In this document: positions 1 through 7,452 of the stretch, piece by piece
Layout of the letters: each line of letters opens with the position of its first letter
Position numbering within the stretch: the stretch's first letter is position 1
NCBI RefSeq assembly: GCF_944387675.1
Contig: NZ_CALXFV010000040.1
Coordinates: forward strand, 1-18,174
Length of the DNA stretch: 18,174 nucleotides
Direction of reading: 5' to 3'
DNA from: an uncultured Flavonifractor sp.
GTDB taxonomy: Bacteria; Bacillota; Clostridia; Oscillospirales; Oscillospiraceae
Position numbers and translations under genes: made by a program
Notes under the pieces: model-generated
The model's database searches: none
The model's input: only the letters and a program-made list of their open reading frames with translations
Told to the model about the DNA's origin: nothing

Positions 1-1
1 C

Positions 2-21
2 TTCGCGCCTGCGGGCGCGAA
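2..21. other. Perfect 8-bp inverted repeat (TTCGCGCC-TGCG-GGCGCGAA), function unknown; followed by GCTTTTT at about 31-37
   Basis: Hand-read inverted repeat; may belong to the 3' end or terminator of a gene outside the window. Confidence 0.35.
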
Positions 22-46
22 CTCTGCGAGGCTTTTTCGACAAGCG

Positions 47-74
47 GGGCGGCCCTTTCGGGCCGCCCATTGCT
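47..74 (+). terminator. Rho-independent terminator-like hairpin (upstream gene outside window)
   Basis: GGGCGGCCC-TTTC-GGGCCGCCC perfect 9-bp stem (47-68) followed by ATTGCTTTT. Confidence 0.6.
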
Positions 75-90
75 TTTCCCCAAAACGCAG

Positions 91-122
91 AAACACAGGC
101 CCTCCGTGGGGGGCCTGTGTTT
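91..122. terminator. Terminator-like hairpin, possibly bidirectional, 3' of the minus-strand operon
   Basis: AAACACAGGCCC / GGGCCTGTGTTT perfect 12-bp stem with 8-nt loop; A-rich/T-rich edges on both sides but weak U-tracts. Confidence 0.55.
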
Positions 123-241
123 CCAAAATTGAAAGAAGAGAGGAAAGAGAGGGGGTGTGGTTTTTGACCACGGTCTTATCCTAAAGCCCGGCTGTGAACC
201 TGTTTTGAACCGGGTGTGAACGAACTGTGAAAAGTACTCCC

Positions 242-1072
242 TTATCCTTCCTGGTCCGCCAGGGTCTGGGCTACCTGGGTCAAATAGTTGTGCTCCAGCT
301 CCTCAATGCGGCCATTGTCGCAGGCGGCGGCCACGGCGGGGTCGATGGGCAGCCGGGCCAGCACCTTCAGGCCCAGCTCCCCGGCCACCTGTTCGATACG
401 GCTCTCCCCGAAGATGGCGTGGCGCTTGCCGCAGTCGGGACACTGAAAATAGGAGTAGTTTTCCACCAGGCCCAGCACGGGAATGTGCATCAGCTCCGCC
501 ATCTTGACCGCCTTGGTGACGATCATGCTCACCAGGTCCTGGGGGGAGGTGACCACCACAATGCCGTCCACCGGCAGGGACTGGAACACGGTGAGGGGGA
601 CATCGCCGGTTCCGGGGGGCATATCCACAAAGAGGTAGTCCACATCTCCCCAGATCACGTCGGTCCAGAACTGCTTCACCGCCCCGGCGATGACGGGTCC
701 CCGCCATACCACCGGATCGGTCTCGTGCTCAGTGAGCAGGTTGAGGCTCATAATCTCAATGCCGGTGCGGGTCTGGGCGGGATAGATGCCCAGCTCGCTT
801 CCCTCCGCCCGGGTATGCACCCCGAAGGCGGTGGGAATGGAGGGGCCGGTGATGTCGGCGTCCAGCACCCCTACGGATTTGCCCAGCCGGCGCATGGCCA
901 CCGCCAGGGAGGAGGTCACCAGGCTCTTGCCTACACCCCCCTTTCCGCTGACCACGGCGATGACCTTGCCCACGTGAGACAGGCCGTTCACCGGCACCCG
1001 GAGATCCTGGGGCGCGGTGCGCTCCGCGCAGCTCTCGCCGCAGGTGGAGCAGTTGTGGGTACATTCTGACAT
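242..1072 (-). CDS. Mrp/NBP35 family ATP-binding protein (Fe-S cluster carrier-type P-loop ATPase)
   Basis: 276 aa ORF with deviant Walker A GKGGVGKS, DADITGPSIP, DYLFVDMPPGTGD; N-terminal CX3CX2CX3C and C-terminal CPDC. Confidence 0.93.
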   Translation of the reverse strand: MSECTHNCSTCGESCAERTAPQDLRVPVNGLSHVGKVIAVVSGKGGVGKSLVTSSLAVAMRRLGKSVGVLDADITGPSIPTAFGVHTRAEGSELGIYPAQTRTGIEIMSLNLLTEHETDPVVWRGPVIAGAVKQFWTDVIWGDVDYLFVDMPPGTGDVPLTVFQSLPVDGIVVVTSPQDLVSMIVTKAVKMAELMHIPVLGLVENYSYFQCPDCGKRHAIFGESRIEQVAGELGLKVLARLPIDPAVAAACDNGRIEELEHNYLTQVAQTLADQEG

Positions 1073-1141
1073 GTTGTTTTTCCTTCTTTCCTGTGTGATA
1101 AGGCCGGGGCGGACAGGGTCCGGTTACCCATCGGCCCGGAT

Positions 1142-2092
1142 TCAGTAGTGATAGCTGCCCCCGCCGATAAACTCCCGGATCAGGGAGTCGGCCGGCACCA
1201 GTTCCGGCTCCACCGGCTCAAAGTGCCGGAAGGACGCCACCAGGTCGTGGAACTCCCGATAGCGGGGGTTCTCCTCCGGCACCTGGTCCACCGCCCGGGC
1301 CAGGGCGGCGGCGTAGTTGGAAAATACCGCCGGCTCATAGGGCAGGGAGGAGTCGATGATGATATTGGCCCGGTTTTTGAAGGGGGAGATGTACATTTTC
1401 TCCCCACGGCGCACATTATACCACATCATCAGGGTCTCCAGCAAATCCGTTCCCCGGAAATTATAGTCCCGCACCGCCCGTCGGGAAATGCGCATCCAGG
1501 TGCCTTTGAAGCGCAGCGTCTCCCCCTCCAGCACGTTGGAGCGGGCGGAGATGTACAGCCCCGTGGCCTCCGGGTGGCGGCCGAAGATGGCGTCGTTAAG
1601 GGCGTGGATGCCCTCAAAAATAGCAATCTCGTTTTTGTCCAGCTTCAGGAAGGTACCCCGGCTGTCGTTGCGCATCTGCCGGGCAAACTCGAACTTGGGT
1701 ACCACCACCCACTCCCCCCGGGAGAGCTTGGTGAAGGTGTCGTCCAGCAAATCCATGTCCAGCAGGGCGGGGGACTCGTAGTCGATATCCCCCTCCGGGG
1801 TGCGGGGGGCGGTTTTCCGGTTGAGGGTTTTGAAGTAATTGTCCATGGAGACGGTATGGCTGTTTACCCCCCGCCGCTCCAGCTCCTGCTCCAGCTTCAG
1901 GGCGGTGGTGGTCTTCCCCGAGCCGGAGGGACCGGAGAGCAGCACGATGGGGCTGTCCTTCATCCGGGCCAGAATCTGGTCCACTGCGGCGTTAATGCGG
2001 CTTTGATAGGCGGCGTCGCACTCCGCCAGAAAGCCCCTGGGATCGCTCCGCAGGCCGCTGTTGATTGCGCTGAGCTGATAGGACACAGTCAT
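1142..2092 (-). CDS. P-loop nucleoside kinase (uridine kinase-like)
   Basis: Walker A GPSGSGKTT, SMDNYFK, FEGIHALND motifs typical of the uridine kinase family. The ORF track runs to 2317, but the start MTVSYQLSA (ATG at 2092) follows AAGGAGG and overlaps the upstream hemZ stop by ATGA. Confidence 0.85.
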   Translation of the reverse strand: MTVSYQLSAINSGLRSDPRGFLAECDAAYQSRINAAVDQILARMKDSPIVLLSGPSGSGKTTTALKLEQELERRGVNSHTVSMDNYFKTLNRKTAPRTPEGDIDYESPALLDMDLLDDTFTKLSRGEWVVVPKFEFARQMRNDSRGTFLKLDKNEIAIFEGIHALNDAIFGRHPEATGLYISARSNVLEGETLRFKGTWMRISRRAVRDYNFRGTDLLETLMMWYNVRRGEKMYISPFKNRANIIIDSSLPYEPAVFSNYAAALARAVDQVPEENPRYREFHDLVASFRHFEPVEPELVPADSLIREFIGGGSYHY

Positions 2093-3576
2093 TCCTCCTT
2101 GTCTGGCCGGTAGAAACGGACCACCTGCTCCTTCCCGGCGCACAGGCTGTCGATCCGCTCCAGATACTGCTTGGGATACTTGGGATTGGGGATGCGGGCA
2201 ATGCGACCGGCGGCGGAATCCACCAGCTTGGTCATGCCGCCGCCCCCCAGGGCCAAAATGGTGTGCAGCTCCTCCATCATGCAGATGTTGTACAGGCTCT
2301 CCGTCCCCGGTCGGCACCAGCCCACGTTTTCAAAGGAGCCGGACATGTACTTCTGCCGGTACAGGTAGTAGGGGACCTGCCCCGCCTGCCGCAGGGCGGA
2401 CCAGGCATAGTCCAGCATGGACGCCACCTCTTCTCCCGAGGGGATGCACCCGCCCTCCTCCATCAGCCTTGACCCTTTTTTCAGCGCCAGGGTGTGGACG
2501 GTGATGTTTTCCGGCCCCAGCGCCAGCACCTGGTCCAGGGAGGCGCGGAAGCCCTCCGTGCTGTCGGCGGGCAGGCCGGCGATCAGGTCCATGTTGACGC
2601 AGCCAATGCCGCTCTCCCGCACCAGGGCGTAGGCGGTGAGAATATCTGCCCCCCGGTGGGCGCGGCCCATGGCGGAGAGAACCTTATCCGACATGCTCTG
2701 GGGGTTTACCGACACCCGGGTGCAGCCCCGGCGGGCCAGTACCGCCAGCTTTTCCCGGGTAATGGTATCCGGCCGGCCGGCTTCCACGGTGTACTCGGTG
2801 CAGCCGGACAGGTCCATGTGCTGAGCCAGCTCCCCCATCAGCCGGTCCAGCTGGGGGGCGGTGAGGGTGGTGGGGGTGCCGCCGCCGAAATAAACGGTGC
2901 GCACCGCCAGCCCCGCCGCCTCCAGGACCCGGCCCGCCGCCTGGATTTCCCGGGAAAGGGCGTCCAGGAAGGGCTCCACCAGCTTCAGGGACTTCCCCAC
3001 GTCGGCGGAGACGAAGGAGCAGTAGGCGCACCGGGTGGGGCAGAAGGGAATACCCACGTAGAGGGAGACCTCCCGGGGCCTCAGGGACGCCTTTGCCGCC
3101 AGGGAGGCCCGGGCGCAGTCCATGGCCAGCGCCCGCCGGAGCGGGGAGACGTGGTAAGTGTCCCGCAGCGCCTTCTCCGCCTGAGCGGGTGCGGCGCCCG
3201 CCGCCATGGCCTTGGTGGGAATCTTCACCGGGCGCACCCCGGTGAGGGCGCCCCAGGGAGGCTCATACCCCAGCAGGGCTGTGGCGGCGTCATAGAAGGC
3301 CAGCTTCAAAATCTGCTGAAAGGCCCGGTCCCGGGCCACCCCGTCTTCCTCCGGAGGCAGGGGGCAGCGGCGGACCTTCCGGCAGGCCGTCCCCCGCCAG
3401 GTCAGCGCCGCGGCGGCGGTGGCCCACTTCTTTCCCAGGCTCAGGGTGAGCACCAGGTGGTCCTCCCCCTCCGCCGGCGGCGCTTCCGGATACTCCGGCC
3501 GCTGGTCGGGGAACAGAGTCAAAAGCATTTGCTCCGTGGCGTATTTGTAGTCGTGACAGCGAAAATAGAGTTTCAT
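2089..3576 (-). CDS. hemZ: HemZ-like coproporphyrinogen III dehydrogenase / radical SAM protein
   Basis: 495 aa ORF; radical SAM motif CPTRCAYC, YFGGGTPT, GCIGCVNMDLIAGLP-like core (VNMDLIAGLPADS) and HemZ-type long N-terminal domain. Confidence 0.85.
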   Translation of the reverse strand: MKLYFRCHDYKYATEQMLLTLFPDQRPEYPEAPPAEGEDHLVLTLSLGKKWATAAAALTWRGTACRKVRRCPLPPEEDGVARDRAFQQILKLAFYDAATALLGYEPPWGALTGVRPVKIPTKAMAAGAAPAQAEKALRDTYHVSPLRRALAMDCARASLAAKASLRPREVSLYVGIPFCPTRCAYCSFVSADVGKSLKLVEPFLDALSREIQAAGRVLEAAGLAVRTVYFGGGTPTTLTAPQLDRLMGELAQHMDLSGCTEYTVEAGRPDTITREKLAVLARRGCTRVSVNPQSMSDKVLSAMGRAHRGADILTAYALVRESGIGCVNMDLIAGLPADSTEGFRASLDQVLALGPENITVHTLALKKGSRLMEEGGCIPSGEEVASMLDYAWSALRQAGQVPYYLYRQKYMSGSFENVGWCRPGTESLYNICMMEELHTILALGGGGMTKLVDSAAGRIARIPNPKYPKQYLERIDSLCAGKEQVVRFYRPDKEE

Positions 3577-3631
3577 AGTGATTTCCAGGCCCCCTTTTCG
3601 AGGGGGCTGTCAGCTCCGCTGACTGGGGGAG

Positions 3632-4237
3632 TTACCCCATGGCCTCCTGCATATAGTAGTTGCTCCGCCGCTCGGCCTCCAGGGTGGAGGTCCCCATGTG
3701 GCCGGGCAGCACATGGCAGTCCCCGGGCAGGGCGGCCAGCCGCTTCAGGGAGGCCATGATCTCCTGGTAGGACCCGCCGGCAAAATCGGTGCGGCCCATG
3801 GAGCCCTGGAACAGGGTGTCCCCGGTGAACAGGGCGTCCTCCACCTTCAGGCACACCCCGCCGGGGGTGTGGCCGGGGGTGTGGAGCACGGAAATGGAGA
3901 GATTCCCCAGCTCCAGGGTGTCCCCCTCCTCATAGGGGACGGTGGGGGCGCCGATGGCGGGAAACACCTGGCTGCCCAGCAGCTCGGCATCGGCGGGGTG
4001 GAGGTACACCGGCACCTGGGGCAGCGCCTTATGAAGGGCGGCCACGCCGCCGGTGTGGTCAAAGTGGGCATGGGTGAGCAAAATAAGCCGGATCGCCATC
4101 CCGTCCGCCCGGGCCTGGTCCAGAATCCGCCCCCCCTCTCCGCCGGGGTCGATGACGGCGGCGGCGTTGGCGGTCTCGTCCTCCAGCAGGTAGCAGTTGG
4201 TCCCCAGCTCCCCCACGTGCATGATCTTGATTTTCAT
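3632..4237 (-). CDS. MBL-fold metallo-hydrolase (glyoxalase II-like)
   Basis: THAHFDHTGG metal-binding motif, HTPGHTPGG, GDTLF, LPGHMG. ATG at 4237 has GAGG 8 nt upstream; in-frame GTG at 4246 is an alternative. Confidence 0.9.
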   Translation of the reverse strand: MKIKIMHVGELGTNCYLLEDETANAAAVIDPGGEGGRILDQARADGMAIRLILLTHAHFDHTGGVAALHKALPQVPVYLHPADAELLGSQVFPAIGAPTVPYEEGDTLELGNLSISVLHTPGHTPGGVCLKVEDALFTGDTLFQGSMGRTDFAGGSYQEIMASLKRLAALPGDCHVLPGHMGTSTLEAERRSNYYMQEAMG

Positions 4238-4255
4238 TCCCTTCACCTCGTCACA

Positions 4256-4699
4256 TTACATGGTATCGGTGTCCAGCAAAATGGTCACCGGGCCGTCATT
4301 TTGGGAAAAAACCTGCATATCCGCCCCAAACTCCCCGTGCTGGACCTGGAAGCCCCGGCCGGCGCACTCGGCCATGAACTTCTCGTACAGGGGGATGGCG
4401 ATGTCCGGCTTGGCGGCCCCGGTGAAACCGGGGCGGCGGGACTTGGTGTCGGCGTACAGGGTGAATTGGCTCACCACCAGCAGGCTCCCCCCCACCGCCG
4501 CCAGGTTCAGATTCATCTTCTCGTTCTCATCCTCGAAGATGCGCAGGCCGCACACCTTGTCGGCCAGCTTCACCGCCTGGGCCTCGGTATCCGCGGGGGC
4601 CACCCCCAGCAGCACCAGAAAGCCCTGGCCGATCTCCCCGTTCACCTTGCCGTCGATGACCACGGAGGCGTTTTTTACTCTGGTTACAACTGCGCGCAT
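4256..4699 (-). CDS. dtd: D-aminoacyl-tRNA deacylase
   Basis: MRAVVTRVKNASVVIDG start, SQFTLYAD and NDGPVTILLD motifs; start trimmed from the ORF-track start at 4831 to ATG 4699 by homology pattern. Confidence 0.93.
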   Translation of the reverse strand: MRAVVTRVKNASVVIDGKVNGEIGQGFLVLLGVAPADTEAQAVKLADKVCGLRIFEDENEKMNLNLAAVGGSLLVVSQFTLYADTKSRRPGFTGAAKPDIAIPLYEKFMAECAGRGFQVQHGEFGADMQVFSQNDGPVTILLDTDTM

Positions 4700-4757
4700 A
4701 GCTGAAAATTCCTTTCTGTAAGTGGGGTAACGGGCCGTCCCAAGGCCCTCCGCGGCG

Positions 4758-5825
4758 TTACCGGTATTCCCGGACAAAGCCCCGGGCGAAAATGGGGTCG
4801 ATATCAAATACCGCCTTGTCCCCGGCGGCACATTTCAGGTCGGTGATGTCCACAATGGTCTCAATGGCGCCGATGCCGCCGATGATCCGGGCCTTCTGGC
4901 CGTTGATCCGCACGGTGATCTTCCGCCGGGCCAGCCAGCGGCGGAAGGCGGCCAGCAGGCCGTCGGTGCGGGGCCGCGCCAGGCCGAAGCCGTTCTGGTA
5001 GCCCACCGGCAGCACCCCCACCCGGGTGGGCCGGCGCATCACCACCGGCCGGTCGCCCCCTACGCTGTGGCCCTTGGGCAGCCACCGGGTCTCCTCAATG
5101 CCCACCTCGCCATAGCCCACCCGGCGCAGGTCATCTCCCCGGCGGCGGCGGCACCGGCCCAGCAGGGCCGAGCCGGCCCGCACCCCGTCCAGCCGGGCCT
5201 GGGCGCAGTGGAGCAGGGCGTAGGACCCGGCGGCGTGGACAATGCCCGTCTCAAACCCGGCGGCGTGGATGGCCTCCACCGCCTGGGTGAAATCGGCCAG
5301 CTGGCCGTCCAGATCCTTGCCGTTGGGCTTGAGGGTGTGCAGCTGGGTACACAGGCCGGACACCGCCACGTTGGGCAGCCCCCGGTAGACCGAGAGGATC
5401 TTCTCCGGCTCCTCCGCCAAAAAGCCGCCGAAGCCCATGCCGGTGTCGATCTGGATATGGGCCTCCGCCACGGTGGAGCGGCCCTCCGCCACGGCGTTGA
5501 GGGCCAGGCCGGTATCCACCGATCCCACGGTACACACCACGTTCAAATCCAGCAGCTGGTCCAGCTCCTCCCGGTCGGTGGTGCAGCGGAGCATGAGGAT
5601 TTCCTCCTCCACAAATCCCGCCTTCCGCAGGGCGGCGGCCTCCGCCACCTCGCTGACGGCAAAGCGGCCGATGCCTTCCGCCCGGAGGGCGCGGGCCAGC
5701 TCCACCAGGCCGGCCCCCTGGCCGTCCCCGGTGAGTACGCCGTAGATCACGGCCTCCCCCGCCCGCTCTTTCACCACCGAGATGTTGTGCTTCAGCGCAT
5801 CCCGCTCGATGACCAGTGTTTTCAT
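4758..5825 (-). CDS. Alanine racemase-like fold-type III protein; catalytic competence doubtful
   Basis: 355 aa ORF with Alr-like N-terminal barrel (SEVAEAAALRKAG, HIQIDTGMGFGG, GVRAGSALLG) and C-terminal domain (VLPVGYQNGFG, VDITDL), but without the usual AVVKANAYGHG motif. Confidence 0.8.
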   Translation of the reverse strand: MKTLVIERDALKHNISVVKERAGEAVIYGVLTGDGQGAGLVELARALRAEGIGRFAVSEVAEAAALRKAGFVEEEILMLRCTTDREELDQLLDLNVVCTVGSVDTGLALNAVAEGRSTVAEAHIQIDTGMGFGGFLAEEPEKILSVYRGLPNVAVSGLCTQLHTLKPNGKDLDGQLADFTQAVEAIHAAGFETGIVHAAGSYALLHCAQARLDGVRAGSALLGRCRRRRGDDLRRVGYGEVGIEETRWLPKGHSVGGDRPVVMRRPTRVGVLPVGYQNGFGLARPRTDGLLAAFRRWLARRKITVRINGQKARIIGGIGAIETIVDITDLKCAAGDKAVFDIDPIFARGFVREYR

Positions 5826-5867
5826 CCGTCCGCCGCCTTTCTCCCCTGTGGAATGCCGTTGTCCTCC

Positions 5868-5896
5868 ATTATATACGCTGGCAAAGTTTCCGTCAA
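5868..5896 (-). promoter_or_regulatory. Sigma-A-type promoter for the minus-strand block
   Basis: Reading on the minus strand: TTGACG - 17 nt - TATAAT (+ strand CGTCAA at 5891-5896, ATTATA at 5868-5873). Confidence 0.75.
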
Positions 5897-5913
5897 TGAA
5901 AAGGGCTTGCCGC

Positions 5914-5942
5914 TTGTGTTTTCCGGCGGAAAGTGATATGAT
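5914..5942 (+). promoter_or_regulatory. Sigma-A-type promoter with extended -10 for miaB block
   Basis: TTGTGT (5914-5919) - 17 nt - TATGAT (5937-5942), preceded by TGA giving an extended -10 (TGnTATGAT). Confidence 0.6.
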
Positions 5943-5978
5943 TTTATAGTTGAGACCCTATCTTTGGGAGGAACTGCT

Positions 5979-7382
5979 TTGAATCAACAGACCACAAACA
6001 TCACCCCCCAGCAGGTGGAGCGGCAGCGGGAATTCTGCCGGATGCTCCAAGAGAGAAACGCCGCCCGCCCCGCCCCGCCCCTGGCCTTTGTGGACACCTA
6101 CGGCTGCCAGCAGAACGAGGCCGACTCCGAGCGGCTGCGTGGTTACCTGCGGGAGATGGGGTATGCTTTTACCGACAGCGAGGCCCAGGCCGACCTGATC
6201 CTTATCAACACCTGCGCCATCCGGGAGCACGCCGAGATGCGGGTGCTGGGCAACGTGGGCGCCCTGGTCCACACCAAGCGGGCCAAGCCCGGCCAGCTCA
6301 TCTGTGTGTGCGGCTGCATGGCTCAGGAGCCCCACCGGGCGCAGAAAATCAAGGAGAGCTACCGCCAGGTGGATCTGGTGTTCGGACCCCACGCCCTGTG
6401 GCGGTTTCCGGAGCTGCTCTACCGCCTGGTCACCCGCCGGGGCCGCATCTTCGACATTGCCGACGAGCCCGGCTCCATTGCCGAGGGCATTCCCGTGGTA
6501 CGCCAGGACAGGGTGAAGGCCTGGGTGTCCATCATGTACGGCTGCAACAACTTCTGCACCTACTGCATCGTCCCCTACGTCCGGGGACGGGAGCGCTCCC
6601 GCCGGCCGGAGGTCATTCTGGAGGAGATCCGGGGTCTGGCGGCGGAGGGGTACCGGGACATCATCCTGCTGGGCCAGAACGTCAACTCCTACGGCAAGGA
6701 TCTGGACGCTCCCTGTGACTTTGCCGACCTTTTGAAGGCAGCCGCCGACATCCCCGGGGACTTCCTGCTGCGTTTTATGACCAGCCACCCCAAGGACGCC
6801 TCCCAGAAGCTTTTCGACACCATGGCCTCCTCCCCCAAGATCGCCCCCTGCTTTCACCTGCCCTTCCAGGCGGGCAGCGACCGGGTGCTGCGCGCCATGA
6901 ACCGGGTGTACGACCGGGCCGGTTACCTGGACAAGGTGCGCCGGCTGAGAGCGGCCATTCCGGACGTGGTCATCACCTCCGACGTGATCGTGGGATTTCC
7001 CGGGGAAAGCGCGGAGGACTTCCAGCAGACCCTGTCCCTGTTGGAGCAGGTGCGCTTTGACGCACTGTTTACCTTTATCTACTCCCCCCGGGTGGGTACC
7101 CCCGCCGCCAAGATGGAAGACCCCGTCTCCAAGGAGGAGAAGGCGGCCTGGTTCCAGCAGCTGGTGGAGCGGCAGGACGCCATTTCCGAGGAAAAGCACC
7201 GGGCCTATATCGGCAAAACGGTGCGCTGCCTGGTGGACGGACGGGACAGCAAGGGCCTCACCGGGCGCACTCCCGGCAACCGGCTGGTGCGGCTTGCCGG
7301 GGAGGACGGCCTCATCGGGCAGTTTGTGGACGTGAAGATTACCGGGGCCAACAAGTGGTCCCTCACCGGGGAGCTGGTGTGA
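5979..7382 (+). CDS. miaB: tRNA-2-methylthio-N6-dimethylallyladenosine synthase
   Basis: DTYGCQQNEADSE, radical SAM CNNFCTYCIVP, GQNVNSYG, C-terminal TRAM domain. TTG start at 5979 with GGGAGG 7 nt upstream; ORF-track start at 5964 lies in the RBS region. Confidence 0.95.
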   Translation: MNQQTTNITPQQVERQREFCRMLQERNAARPAPPLAFVDTYGCQQNEADSERLRGYLREMGYAFTDSEAQADLILINTCAIREHAEMRVLGNVGALVHTKRAKPGQLICVCGCMAQEPHRAQKIKESYRQVDLVFGPHALWRFPELLYRLVTRRGRIFDIADEPGSIAEGIPVVRQDRVKAWVSIMYGCNNFCTYCIVPYVRGRERSRRPEVILEEIRGLAAEGYRDIILLGQNVNSYGKDLDAPCDFADLLKAAADIPGDFLLRFMTSHPKDASQKLFDTMASSPKIAPCFHLPFQAGSDRVLRAMNRVYDRAGYLDKVRRLRAAIPDVVITSDVIVGFPGESAEDFQQTLSLLEQVRFDALFTFIYSPRVGTPAAKMEDPVSKEEKAAWFQQLVERQDAISEEKHRAYIGKTVRCLVDGRDSKGLTGRTPGNRLVRLAGEDGLIGQFVDVKITGANKWSLTGELV

Positions 7383-7452
7383 CCCCATCCGGCCGCCCAA
7401 ATGTGGGAGCTGGACCGCTACTATAACTGAGAGATAGAACAGGAGAACCGCC

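Noticed and set aside
2093-2317. 75-residue N-terminal extension of the nucleoside kinase in the ORF track
   Set aside because: It overlaps the hemZ coding region extensively and is low-complexity; ATG 2092 has AAGGAGG and ATGA coupling.
2494-3759. 421 aa plus-strand ORF opposite hemZ (and similar plus-strand ORFs at 227, 1148, 3698, 5067)
   Set aside because: Shadows of the minus-strand operon; no independent RBS/domain evidence.
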